DNA from: Felis catus
Lineage: Eukaryota
NCBI RefSeq assembly: GCF_018350175.1
Contig: NC_058368.1
Span: 216,506,001 to 216,570,000 of the forward strand
DNA: 64,000 nucleotides
Reading direction: 5' to 3'
Part shown: positions 12,235-25,304 of the stretch, piece by piece
How the letters are laid out: each line of letters starts with the position of its first letter
How positions within the stretch are numbered: the first letter of the stretch is position 1
The notes under the pieces: model-generated
Seen by the model: only the letters and a program-made list of their open reading frames with translations
What the model was told of the DNA's origin: nothing
The model's database searches: none
Made by a program: the position numbers and the translations under genes

Positions 12235-12776
12235 TGTATGCTAGTATTTTGAGCAAAGAAAGGAATTTATTTTTTAGCTGTTTCATAAAGAAGAAACATT
12301 TAAGGTGCGTTAGAAATAATAAGTAGATTTTTCATCAACAAAACAAAAATAGACCTAAAATTTGTCTATTTTGCTTCTTTCCTCTTAAATCCTACTTTAT
12401 CTTGTCATTCTACCATTGGCCTAATGTTTTCTACTTCTGAATTCCTTATATAGGAGAAATTATTAGAATACAAAATTATACACCACTGCTAGATGCTGAT
12501 TATATGTATACACACACATAACTGGTGAATATATAGATATACAAATGTCAGCCAGTACCTGTCTATTAAAATGTAGATGTAATAGTATCTATACCAAATT
12601 AAATTCTGGAATGTGAATGACCTCAGTAGATTTCTATTTTATTTTATTTTATTTTACTTTATTTTATTTATTTTACCTTATTTTATTTTATTTTATTGTA
12701 CTTTATTTTATTTTATTTTATTTTTATTTTATGTTTTTGTTTGTTTGAAATTTTTATTTAAATTCCAGTTAGCTAA

Positions 12777-13002
12777 GGGGCATCTGGGTGGCTCAGTTGG
12801 TTAAGCTTCTGACTTTAGCTCAAGTCATGATCTCACTGCGCGAGTTTGAGCCCAGCATGGAGCTCTGTGCTGACAGCTCAGAGCTTGGAGCCTGCTTCAG
12901 ATTCTGTTGTCTCCTTCTCTCTCTGCCTCTCCTCGGCTCACACTTTCTGTCTCTCTCTCTCTCTCTCTCTGTCTCTCAAAACTAAATAAACATTTAAAAA
13001 AA
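12777..13002 (+). mobile_element. Can-SINE nested in L1
   Basis: TSD TTAAATTCCAGT(T/C)AGCT. Confidence 0.95.
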
Positions 13003-13418
13003 TTAAATTCCAGTCAGCTGAAATACAGTGTAATATTAGTTTCTGGAATAGAATTTAGTGATTCATCATTTAATTATAACACCCAGTGCTCATCACAAGT
13101 CCCCTCCTAACCCATTACCCATTTAACCCTTCTCCCCACCAGCCTCCCCTCTAGCAACCCTCAGTTTGTTCTCTGTAGTTAAGCGTCTCTTTTATGGTTT
13201 GCCGGTCTCTTTTCTTTTTTTTCTCTATGTACATCTATTTTGGTTCTGAAATTCCACATATGAATGAAATCATATGGTATTTTCTTTCTCTGACATATTT
13301 TACTTAGCATAATACACGCTTAGCTCCATCCATGTCATTGCAAATGGCAAGATTCTATTCATTGTTTTAAAAGTTTGAATGGATGTATATGCCCTTCTCA
13401 ATTTTGACAGTTCATCTA

Positions 13419-13638
13419 TTTTTTTTAATTTGTTTTTAATGTTCATTTATTCTTGAGAGAGAGAGAGAGCAAGCACAAATGGGGGAGAGACAGAGAGAGA
13501 GGGAGACAGAATCTGAAGCAGGTTTCAGACTCCAGGCTGTCAGCACAGAGTGCAGCGCAGGGCTCGAACTCATGAACCCTGAGATCACGATCTGAGCTGA
13601 AGTCCGACGCTTAACTGACGGAGCCACCGAGGTGCCCC
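13419..13638 (-). mobile_element. Can-SINE nested in L1 (extra 58 bp beyond its tail; see findings)
   Basis: Full structure. Imperfect TSD at 13349-13360 and 13640-13651. Confidence 0.93.
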
Positions 13639-13899
13639 TAAGATTTCATTCTTTTTGATGGCTAAGTAATATACAGTAATTGATCTTGTTTATCCTGACT
13701 TATTTTTCTCAGTGAATTTCTTACTTTCTGATATATATCTTGTGTCTTTTATTATTAATACTACGGAGTCAACCCATGTCAGAGCCTTTTATTAAAAAAA
13801 AAATCTTTGTGCAATTAATTTCCATAGGTTGTTTTTTGCTTAACATTATAGTGAATTATAAACAGATAAGCATAGTTTTGCTTTGCTAAATAAGGTTTT

Positions 13900-15695
13900 T
13901 CAGGTAATAAGTATATTCACCAAATTTGTTGGATACACAGTCAACATATGAATAATTTTTATATATTGATATAGCATTATCAAACAATTTGAATATAAAA
14001 TATCATGACATTAAAAATATAAAATCAGAGGAATACATTTAATAGGTGATTTCCAATACCCCTACAATAAAAAGTATAAAATATTGCAGAAAAACATTAA
14101 AGAAGTCCTAAATAATTAAAGAGATATGATATTTTTAGATAATATTGTCAAAGTATCAATTTTTTTTTCTCACATTGCTATATGTGGTCTCTAAAATTCC
14201 ACTTTTACAAATGTAATATTTTTTGGATCTGGTAGAAAGTGAGCTGGTTCTAAAATTTAGTTTGAAATTCAAAGAATCTAGAACAGTCAATATATTCTAA
14301 AGGAGGAATAAATTTGGGGACATATATCACAGACTTCAAAAATTGCTGTAAAAAAAGTCACAGTTACCAGCAGCTATAGTATTGGTGAAAGAATAGATGA
14401 ACAATATAGATAGTACCAAAATAGATCTATATATTTGGTTGCTGGATTTATAGCAAAGGTTAAATAGAGGAAATGATGTTGAATAAATATATCAGTCAAA
14501 GACATTGAATTAAATAATTGTTGTCCATAATGGAAAAAAAATGAACTTGATACTTGTCTTACACAATTCAGTGTGATTGACCCAACTTAGTTCACAGACA
14601 TAATGGTGAAAAGAAAATAAAAATAACCTAAAGCCTCTATAAGACAATACAGAGGGATACCTACGTGCCCTTGCAATAAGCAAACATCTTTAATTTAGGA
14701 GTCAAAACCACTAAAGAAAAAAACCAAACAAACAAAGATTGGTTTTCATAATCAAGATTGTCTCCCCCTCAAAAGAGCTCATGAAGAAAGTGAAAACACC
14801 AAAGAAATAGTACAAGGAAAAATATATGTTTTATGTATATTATTAAAGTTATGATTTCCAGAACATACAAGGGACTTCCAAAAATCAGTAAGGAAGAAAT
14901 AAAAATAAAAATAATAAGAAAGGTCTTTTGAAAATAATTTCAGATAGGGAGTAGTTTAATGATTAATAAATATATTAAAAAATAATATCATTCTTCACCA
15001 TGGAATTGCAAATTAAAAATACACAAAGTATTGTTCCACACTTATTAGAATAACTACAATTAACCAAGAAGACTGAAAATACCACGTGTACAGAATAGGG
15101 AAGGAGCAACGGAACTCTCATCCATTGCTGAGAGGGGAGAAAAATTATAAAACCATTTTGGAATATAACTTTTGGGATATAATTTCCATTAGTTCCATTT
15201 CTGAATGTATACATAAGAGAAATAAGCCCACACAAAAATAATGTTTAGAACAGATTTATTAATAATAGTCAAAATCACAAAAAAGTCCATATACTTCACA
15301 AATAGAAAAGAATAAATAAATTGTGGCAAATCTCATAATAAAATGGTACAGAGCAATACAAAAGTATATATTTCTAATATATACAGCACGAATAAATCCA
15401 CAGATATAATACTGAATGAAATTAGCTCACGACAGTAATAATATCAATTGTACGACTCCATTTATGGGAAGTTCTAGGGCAGTCACAGGTAACCGATGAT
15501 TACAGAGTTGAGAATAGCAGTTAATTTGGGGCTAATTGAGACTGAGAAGAGACAACAAAGTACCTTCCAAGGTGCTAGAACTGTGCCATATCTTGTTCTC
15601 TATGGTGATTACAGACACACGTAAACATCTTCATGCTGTATTTGGAGACTTAGTTCACTTCATTCCCTTGACTATATGCATCTTGCCCCTGGATT
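13900..15695 (+). mobile_element. Ancient L1M (L1MD/ME-like) ORF2 3' part and 3' UTR
   Basis: Diverged collinear motifs: ggatacacagtcaacata, ggaattgcaaattaaaa, ggaactctcatccattgctg, gactccatttatg, ggtgctagaactgt. Confidence 0.75.
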
Positions 15696-16519
15696 TTAAA
15701 AAAGGAAGCAAATGTGCACATATGTGGAAAATGTATCTCAAACAACTGTTTTTAGTCAAATTTATTTTTTCCCTCTAAGGAATGTAATAATCAAAAGGAG
15801 GAAATAGTTTACTTTCTTCATTATCAGAAAAAAAAATTCTCATTCTTGTCGCTAACCATTAGATATTAAAAAACTGTTCAGTTTGTCATTAATAGTGCAT
15901 TTGAAGGTAATAATATACAGTAGAAATAGTATCATGTGTAATCTCTTAGAGAATGTTGTTACATAAATGGTGGCGGAAGGGTAGACTTAAGTGTGTTCAA
16001 GTATATTTGTGGAAATACTCTTTCGATTGTTAACTGGGTAATTATTGTTAACATACTTAGGTCTACCATTTTGACATATACCATTTCAAAGTTACGTTCT
16101 AAGAAAAATGCACAAAGCAAGTCAAGTTCGTTATCGGAAAACAGCCTGTTTGTTCCAACACAGCATATAGTTTCACACATTTCTTTTCACGTTTTGAGAG
16201 TATTAGTCATTAATAGAATCTTCTCAAAGAGCGTTAGTCCATTGTGAGATTTCTTCTCCTGATAAAGAGTATTAAAATCACAAACAAACAAGCAAACTTT
16301 GATATGGAAATTGAAATAGCACATAGTGGACATGGTTGCAAAATGCCGTCTAATTAGTTATTAGGGATGCTTTGGCTAATACTACCTCGCTAATGGATCT
16401 GTATTTCTACAAAGTGGCAGGCTTCATTAGAGGAACTTTTCCCCATAATGAGAACTTACTGGGTTATTATTGGTACCTACTATCCTTTTAGAATCTCCAT
16501 AATTGGCCCATATGTTGTT

Positions 16520-16763
16520 TTCTTTTTAATTTTCTTTTCTTTTCTTTTTTAATGTTTAGTTAACATTTTGCTGACAGAAATGAGAGAGAGAGAGCATGAG
16601 TGGGGGCAGGAGGAGCAGGGAAAGAGAGGGAGATACAGAATCCAAAGCAGGCTCCAAGGTCTTAGTTAGCACAGAGCTCCACATGGGACTGGAACTCATG
16701 AACTGTGAGATCATGACCTGAGCTGAACTCCACACTTAACTGACTGAGCCATCCTGGCGCCCC
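16520..16763 (-). mobile_element. Can-SINE
   Basis: T tail, GA tract, reversed head ggcgcccc. Confidence 0.92.
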
Positions 16764-17794
16764 TGTTTTCCACATTTAATTTCTTTTCTATTTTTTATCA
16801 ATCTCAAAGAAATGTTAATAATAACTATAATATTTATTAACTTTGTAAAATAAGGAAACAGGATTACAGGGGTCAAAAGTCATATTCAAAATTATATCAT
16901 TAATCGGAAGTACCAATAAGACTTGAAGTGGTTTAGGTTATGTTTCCAGGAGATCAATTTTATGGGAATAAGAAAATATTATTGCTAATTTTTCTCCACA
17001 ATCATTATGGGAATTTTAAAATATGATCTTACATATCAACTTTCCAACATCAATCTATGAATTGGTTCTCACCCTGCTGAGCAAAATAATTGATTTAGGG
17101 TCAAATGTCATGGACTGGATAAGACCAACATTTCTTATTTGAGTTCTTTAGTTACTGTCTCATTTATTGTGATCACCTACCATGAAAGATATCAAATTTG
17201 TTCTTGAAGTACTAACGATAACCCCTGAAAGATGCTATTATAATTTAAGCCAGTATTTTAATATTCATAGAAGGAATAAGTGATACTTTATATGTAGCAA
17301 GAGAAGAAAGCCACCTTCGCTGTGAAGGCTCTTACATATTGTCTCAAACTACATTATTCAAGAGACAAGACTATAAATCATACAGAGGTAGGTTAATGAA
17401 ACTTACCAATCCTTATTCTTTTTGGAGCACTTGACTTAACCCATTAGGAGTAATTCTGAGATGCAGAGAATTTACTATGTAGTACACCCATTAATGAAAA
17501 AGCACAGTCTAATGATGATAATTAAATATTGAAAGTGGAAAAAAGAAATGCAGTGTTATTTTGAGGAAGGTGATAGAGATGTTAAGGAAAAAAATCAAAT
17601 GGAAAGGATTACAGTCTTTTTACTCATCCGTAACAGTGAAATTGTTCTAAGTACCTACCTATTAACTTTAATAGTCTCTTTTGCCAAATTAAAGATTTCA
17701 CAAAGGTATTGATGGTGATAAAATAATAATAGTAATAATAGTCATTGTAACTTTATGTCAGTATCAAATAAAATATATATTAATTTAAAATTAT

Positions 17795-18015
17795 GGGGTG
17801 CCTGGGTAGCTCAGTCAGTTGGGCGTCCAACTTCAGCTCAGGTCATGATCTCACGGTCCGTGAGTTCGAGCCCCACTTCGGGCTCTGTGCTGACAACTCA
17901 GAGCCTGGAGCCTGTTTCAGATTCTGTGTATCCCTCTCTCTCTGACCTTCCCCCATTCATGCTCTGTCTCTCTCTGCCTCAAAAATGAATAAACGTTAAA
18001 AAATAAAAAAATAAA
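17795..18015 (+). mobile_element. Can-SINE
   Basis: TSD TAAAATTATG. Confidence 0.95.
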
Positions 18016-19614
18016 TAAAATTATGATTAACTACTAACACATTCCTATTGTCTACCTTTTTATATTTATTACTTGAGCATGAAATAACCATTTAATACCT
18101 AATAGAAAACAAAAAGGTTTTTGGGCTTAAGAAAACTAAGACAGATGGTAAAATTAAGCACTTATACTATTAGACCTTAATAATAATACATTCATTAATT
18201 TTATGTCTTTTTTGTGAGCATGTTATATAAACATATAAAATAATATTATAGGTCATACTTAATGTAGCATTATATGAATTGAGATTCATTATATGTAACA
18301 TTATATGAATTGAGATTAAAATGCTGTAATGTATGTTATATAAACATATAATACAACATTATGTGTCACATGTAATGCTACATTATATGAATTGAGATTG
18401 CAGACAAGGATTAAAATCCTGTAAATGCTTAATCTCCCTTCTAATGTTGAATCAGTATGAACTATTGATTGGGATACCTTAATCCCAACTATAAAATCCC
18501 ACAACTTATTCACAAATTTGTAGCATAAATAAACAAATAAAGTCCTTCCCAAGCAAAACAAACAACAGAAACAAATAGTAGCTATGATATACACACTCTT
18601 AAGATACATTTTATTTTATCAATGCTCTGGTATGAAACATTTTACATCAATATGCTATACTTATAATAAGACAACGTTTTACAACATTCTTAAAATAGAT
18701 GGAGTGTCATTTTTTTCATTTCTTTAGTCTTAGTCTCTCATCAAGTAAAGTGTTAAATTAGCTGTTAAAGTAAAATTTAAAAAAAAAGAATGATTTTGTT
18801 ATAGTTGCAAAACTAGTCTCTTTAATGCATCATCTTAAGTTTTGACATTTCAATCTGATACAAGAATCCTTTGTTGATTGGATTTATCTCTTTAAATCCA
18901 ATTTATCTCCATCTGAGAGCTACTTTTCTTGACACATAACATGATTTACCTGGATATTAGAGATAAAGTCTGATAATATTTCATCTCCTGCTTAAATATT
19001 TGCTACATGATATTAAATTTTCTTTTATTACTTTGGAAAAAAATGCATTATAAATAAATTTTATATTGAGGTTGATAAGGAAAAGACACATAATAAAGTG
19101 CCTAACATAATATTTCCCTTTCCCTACATATTTAAAAATTTAGTTAACTTCCCCATTAAGTTGCTCAAAAATCACATGGTTCACTTTAGTTCTATTAAAG
19201 TTTTCGCTTTAAAATATAGAACATTATTTAAGTAACCACTGGAAGAAGAAAGAAATAAAAATAGACACTATTGAAAACATTTGCCTCTAGGTAATTGAGC
19301 TACTCCTAGGGAATGGTGACGTAGAGAATGGTTGCTTCATTGTAAATTGATGTCTGTCACATGACTTTAAAAAACCAAGTGCCTATTCTAATTAGAATAA
19401 AAATTATAAAAATGCAAATCCTGAACAATCTAGAATTCAAAAGTATTTCTGAATTTTGTATTATGTGGCCAATGGACAATAGGCTATGAAAAACATCTAC
19501 AAAAATAAAATGAACAGAATTATTTTAGGTAGGTGTAAATGCTAAGAAGTAAATGAAATAGAACATATTTCAGAGAGTGATAAGGGAGCAGGAGTTTGGT
19601 GATCAAGAAGGACT

Positions 19615-19955
19615 TGTTGAACCATAGTTCCATATTTCTTCCTGCAGCTACAATTCTACTCCTTAATTCTATGAATCTGACTACTTGAGAACATTATGTA
19701 AGTGGAACCAGTGTATTTGTCCTTCTGTGGCTGGCTGGCTTCACTTACCATAATGCTCTCCAGGTTCATCTGTGTCGTCACGTACGGCAGCACGTTTTTC
19801 CTTTTCAAGCCCTAATAGTTTCAGTTATACAAGATGAATAAGTTCTAGAGATCTCCTGTGCCACATAGTGCCTATAGTTTACAATAGTGTATTGTACACT
19901 TAAATATTTGTTAAGCCAGTAGATCTCATGTTGTCACTACCACCAAAAATAACTA
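19615..19955. mobile_element. Old L1MA/MB 3' fragment with inverted 5' part (minus 19615-19811, plus 19815-19955), inside a probable L2 relic
   Basis: Antisense 3' UTR (ctccaggttcatctgtgtcgtca) joined to the sense continuation (gtttcagttatacaagatgaataagttctagagatct). Confidence 0.75.
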
Positions 19956-20059
19956 AACGAAGACCCACTGAAAAGGTAAAATCGAGCGGATATACAAGTG
20001 AAAGACATCTGGTGAAGAATATTCCAACAGAAGGAAGATAAATATATCTTTAAAATGGA

Positions 20060-20096
20060 ATAATAATAACAATAATAATAATAATAATAATAATAA
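20060..20096. repeat. (AAT)n microsatellite
   Basis: Directly visible. Confidence 0.9.
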
Positions 20097-20184
20097 CTAT
20101 GGGAAAAGATGAAAAGAAATGAAAAAAGTAAACTGGGTTGGATTGGGCCTTGTAAGGCATGTTAAAAGTTTATTCTATGTGAGA

Positions 20185-20396
20185 TTTTTTTTATCCATTT
20201 TTTGAGAGAGAAAGAGAGACAGAGCATGAGTCGGGGAAGGGGCAAAGAGAGAGGGAGGCACAGAATCTGTCTGAAGCAGGATCCAGGCTCCTAGCTGTCA
20301 GCACATAAACTGACATAGGGCTTGACGTCACAAACTCTGAGATCATGACCTGAGCCGAAGTCAGATGTGTGGCCAACTGAGCCACCCGGGTACCCC
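20185..20396 (-). mobile_element. Can-SINE
   Basis: TSD TCTATGTGAGA at 20174 and 20397. Confidence 0.93.
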
Positions 20397-20865
20397 TCTA
20401 TGTGAGAATTCTAATGCAAATTCATTTCAGTGTTTTAACAGGAGAATATGACCTAATACATATACAAAAATATAAAAGATATCCTCAGGAAAACCTAAAA
20501 GGAAGCAAAAATCTCTAGAAGAAAAAAAAGTTGCATATTGTTAACATGTGGTTGATTACTTAATGGGTCATTATAGATTATATCTGCCATAAAAACTTAA
20601 AAAATGTAGATGTTCTTTTTTTCAGTGATGGTATATAAGTGGCGTTTAATTAATTATTTCTTTCCTGTCTTGGATAATGTTCTTGGATGATGACATCGAA
20701 GGATTTCTGAATAAAGGCCATCATCCTGTTTAAAGGCATTTAATTATTGTAGTCCTACTGATTGTGAAAACTGTCCCATCTTAACTCCATACTCCAATAA
20801 AGTTTCTGGATAAAACAGAAAAAGTCTAAATTCAGTGCTGTTTTGCAGACAATTAGAAAGTCACT

Positions 20866-21052
20866 GGGACACCTGGGTGGTTCAGTCGATTGAGCGTCTG
20901 ACTTCAGCTCAGGTCATGGTCTCACGGGGTTCATGGATTCTGGCCCTGCATAGGGCTCTCTACTGTCAGTGCAGGCCCACTTAGGATCCTCTGTCCCCCT
21001 CTCTCTCTGCCTCTCTCCTGCTCACTCCCTCAAAAAAAAAATTTTGTTTTAA
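20866..21052 (+). mobile_element. Can-SINE
   Basis: Head, CT tract, A tail. Confidence 0.9.
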
Positions 21053-21364
21053 AGTATGTCATCATCATGAAGCATTAATATGATTTTTTCTAGGATCTTT
21101 TGGAGGCAAATAATATCTAGTACATGGTAGTAAATGACATAAACCTAACTAGGAAAGCAGAAGAAAGAATTTGAGGAGTCACTTCAGTTGAAAGTCAAGG
21201 ACAAATAGCAGAGTGACTAAACACTAAGGGAGCTAACTCCAGAGTTAAAGATCAGCAATGATGGAAAGTAATCTCAGCTCTGAACTAAAGGAGAGTTGAA
21301 AATGGCTCCCCAAATGGGAACTACATTCTTTGGGTCATGTTTTGTGTTTCCCTTTATAGAGAAA

Positions 21365-21402
21365 AGAAGGAAGGAAGGAAGGAAGGAAAGATGGAAGGAA
21401 GA
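21365..21402. repeat. (GAAG)n microsatellite
   Basis: Directly visible. Confidence 0.85.
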
Positions 21403-21684
21403 AAATGAACAATGAATTTTTCTTCAGCATTAATCTGTCTATATTAAAGCAAATGTTTAAACCTCTAATAATTTATAATGAATATCCTAAAATAAGAATG
21501 CACACTTATTTCAAATTATAAACTTTTGGAGTAAATATTTGAAAACTTTACTTTTCCATAGGTCCTTGAAAAGTTTTACCCCATTTGTATTCTCACACCA
21601 ATACTAATACTAATTGATACTTATTTAAACAAACAAACAACAACAACAACCAATAGTGACTATGAGTGGGTGTCATCAGAACTA

Positions 21685-22145
21685 CAGTTCTGCAGGGCTT
21701 CAGATGTAGTGGAAGTAGTATCGGGTCCCAATTCACAAGCACACCAGACCACGCCTCCTTAAAACGAGGCCAGGGACTGAACACCGCCACACCGCCGGCA
21801 GCAGGCAAGGAGACCCTGCACTGAGGACCGACTGGGGGACACAGCAGCCCAAACACAGCGGCAGAGCACAGCAGCACAGGCCAGCGACGCTTCCTGAAGC
21901 TCCAGGCCCTGGACGCTACATGACCGCTTCTTTATAAAGCCGCTACTCTCTGGAGCAAGAAACAGAACTGGCTTTTCCCACGCAAAGAAGACGGCAGAGA
22001 CTCAGACAAAACGCCAAGGTGGAGGAATTCATCCCAAATGAAAGAAAAAAATAAGTCCACCGCCAGAGATCTGAGCGAAACAGACTTCAGAAACACAGCT
22101 GATGGAGAATTTCAAGCAACCGTCATAAGGATACTCACTGGGCTT
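21685..22145 (+). mobile_element. Isolated LINE-1 5' UTR end and ORF1 start fragment
   Basis: The 3' part translates as RNSSQMKEK...ARDLSETD...DGEFQATVIRILTGL, resembling a carnivore L1 ORF1p N-terminus. GC/CpG-rich. Confidence 0.75.
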
Positions 22146-22532
22146 TAACTAAAATGAAGGTGAAATTCATAAATTAAAATATCAGTATATATGGTATCAC
22201 TATCACAATAGTTTTATTGTTAAATAATGTGTGCTTTAAAGTAAGCTTCAGTCTTTACTAACAAAAATAAAAGAAAATAACAATTGGAAGCTTGGATCCA
22301 TGACATCAACAATGAAGAGGCTACTTTGATGCTTTTATAATCTTCATTGTCTGCTCCTTCACCCTACTCTGTTCTTCCTGGCTGTCTGCAACCATGAAAC
22401 AATTTTTAAGGCCAAGTTTACAATCCATCTCCCCTGTGAACTGGTTCCAAATCTCTCAGTCTAGAGTCGTCAGTTATCTAGACTGATTTTATAGTGAATA
22501 CAAATTAATGTCTTCTTTCTTAAGATACATTT

Positions 22533-22948
22533 TGTCAAAAGTTCAGAAATAATACAAGTAAAACCAATGAATCATTGAAGTAGGAATTAGTAAAGGTTTA
22601 TCGTGCCCACATCAAAAAAGGCAGTTTGCTAACTGGAGCACGCAAACCAAAACATGGAATAAGGCTCGTGGCTATAAACCAGCTTATAAAGTGAGAAAGC
22701 AGTCACTATTCATAGTGATTGGTTACAGTATTATAAGTCTCTTAAATGATATTCATTACTGGTAGGCTTGTATCAATACTGGGAAACAATTTAAGTTTTG
22801 CTTGTAATTTTAAGAGTTAGATGGCAATAAATGACTCAGGTCAGTTAGTCTTGCAAAATAAGCTAGATTATGTTTGTTTGTATGATTACACTGTTTTGTC
22901 TGCTCAGGGGATTTTCAGGGCTGATCTATGTTTGTTTTGTATTTTAAT
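22533..22948 (-). mobile_element. ERV1 solo LTR, MER67-like
   Basis: The minus strand reads ...CCCTGAAAATCCCCTGAGCAGACAAAACAG near its start, as recalled for the MER67 family. Confidence 0.55.
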
Positions 22949-23224
22949 AATTTTTACCATTTAATCTCATAATCATATTTCAGCATGCTTATTGCACAAT
23001 GCAATTTGAACCAAGTCAAATGGCAAGTTTCTTTGTGGCTCAACCGATGGAACCCTTTTGTGGCATCTAAAGGGGCTGGAAAACTTGGAGCAAGAAAAGG
23101 ATGTTCTCAGGACATTAATTTTCCTGCTCAAGTTTCTTATAAGAAAACTGAAAGTTCCTATTATTACCATAAAAGAAAACTTTGTCTTTATCTACAATGT
23201 TTATATTTCTGAAAATTTTATCAT

Positions 23225-23473
23225 AACATAGCACGATGAATAATAGTTAATAATACTGTATTGTTTCTTTGAAAGCTGGTGACTATATCTTTCAAGTTCT
23301 CATCACAAGAAGAAATATTACATATGTGTGGTCATAGGTTTTATGGTGATCATTTTGCAGTATATACAAATATCAAATCATTATGTTGTACAACTGAAAC
23401 TAATACAATGTTTTATACTAATTATATCTGAGTTAAAAAAATTATAAATAAATAAATAAATAAATAAATAAAT
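23225..23473 (+). mobile_element. L1MA9-like 3' end with (TAAA)n tail
   Basis: ggtgatcattttgcagtatatacaaatatcaaatcattatgttgtacaactgaaactaatacaatg. Confidence 0.85.
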
Positions 23474-23624
23474 AGCAAAAAATGTGTTGTAACAGTGCTG
23501 TCATGGGATATTCCACCAAGAGATATTATGAATAAATTTCGGTGTTAGGGTTAGCCCATCCATTGAACATATTAGATGCTCAATAAAAGTTCTCTGAATG
23601 ACAAACAATGCTGAAAAGGAGGAA

Positions 23625-24630
23625 TTCTTACCCTAGTTAATTCAACTTACCCATTCTGTCTGTGCACAAGACAGATGTAATGATAATTATGAAATTGGAT
23701 TATCGAAAACACAAACATGCAAAGAATCTAATCATAAATGCTGATCCAGATGTAATTTCATTGCTGGAGCAAATCATTATGTCACCTGGCAACTTTAGGC
23801 AGCAGTAGGTGTGGAAAATGCTCTTTCTCTATGTTTCTGAGAAAAGAATATAGGAAGTACTTTGTTTTCAGCAAGCATTGCCAGAAATATATCTGTACTG
23901 TTCAAGCACAGAGATATATCAACTCTTAAGCTTTCTGTCATAGTCTAATCTATAGTGACCTAAAACACCTGTCAATTCAAAAGGATGCCATGTTTATCCA
24001 CTATATATAAAAGGTAATGAATTTAGTTAACACAATGTATCAGCTATTCTAGAGACTTTGGTAAGACACCTACATGCCAAAGTTTGGCAAATGCATCCCA
24101 CACAACTCAGGAGCCTGAATCCCTGGTGAAATTTCTAGATTGTCCACCCCAGGCGTGCATGTTGCAATATTCCTTTCAAAAATTGCTGCCTCTAGCCCCT
24201 CCCACTATTAAGAAAAGTTATTACACACTATATGCCTTTTTAAATTTGGGATGCCACATACATGATTTGGTTGTATTACTCTTGCCCATTTACTGACTAT
24301 CCTGAAAAGCTGCAAGTTTTGAGTGGGCCAAGAATAAGTCTCTGCAAAGTGTCCATCTGCCAGGAAAGCTGCTATGCCACTTGGACCATATGACCCAACA
24401 GATCCAATTTGCTTTAAGTGTCTGTGCAGACAGCAATGTTGTATGGAACATTTTGTAGGCTGATATAAAAGATTCACAGAACAGAGCTTTGGAATTTTGG
24501 ACCCAAACTATGACAGTTTCTACATATAATTTTCCTTATGATAAATCATTTTTTGTTTGCTACGGTGCCTTAGCAAAACAGGGTGACCAGTTATCATGGA
24601 GCCTAAGATGCTCATCATGAGCTGGTTTTA
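23625..24630 (+). mobile_element. Decayed ERV-L pol (reverse transcriptase and RNase H-like connection region)
   Basis: Hand translation gives collinear ERV-L-like motifs: VHKTD, DYRK, PDVISLLEQI (23746), YINS, LVRHLHA, VKFL, FEW, AAMPLGPYDPTDP (24368-24406), LEFW. Many stops and frameshifts. Confidence 0.8.
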
Positions 24631-25304
24631 TCTTAAGGGAAGCTAATTGCTACTAATAAAGTACATGAATACAGAAATTCAGATTTGAAAGTTCTATACA
24701 GGATGGAGATTGGATTATGCAAATAATTTTGTTTAATTAAAGAAAAATAAATTTATATTAAAATGAATATGAACAAGTCTTAGGCAATTTATAGAGTTTA
24801 CTATAGGAGTAAAATGTTTTTGGAGCAGGATGAGCACCTGACGGAGGAGAAACAAAGACGAAGGAAGCAGGAAGTAGGAGGTGCGTTAATGGTAGCAGCC
24901 TCTGTTCCCTGGGCACCCAACTCCTAAACTCCACTCTTTCCCAATAACTCTTGCTGCCTGATAGTCCTCTAATCTCTGCCAGAAAGAAAGAATAAATATT
25001 CATTTGTTTTGTTTTGTTTTTGTTTAAGTAAATTAACAAATGACGAATGGTCTGAATTGACATAATAAATATAAGTTGGCTTTCATTTGAAGGGATTGTT
25101 ATTTATCCTCTAGTCTCTAAGAAGTCTAGAACTTGGGGTAACTTGGAATTAGGAAAAAATATGGAAACAAAGGGCTATCATAGGCTACAAGGTGATAATT
25201 GGGTTCTATGAATAAACCAAGGAATATAATCGTCCCAGAGATTGCAGAGTTAAGTAATTTGCTCTTTTGGGTTTGGATAATGATTTCTCTCCTTATGCCC
25301 AAAT

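Larger units (their letters stand above)
12632..13672 (-). mobile_element. Carnivore LINE-1 3' end with (TTTTA)n-expanded tail, interrupted by two SINEs
   Basis: (TTTTA)n at 12632-12735, then the reversed L1 3' UTR (aaattccagttag; ccctctagcaaccctcagtttgttctc; catgtcattgcaaatggcaagatt). Confidence 0.88.
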
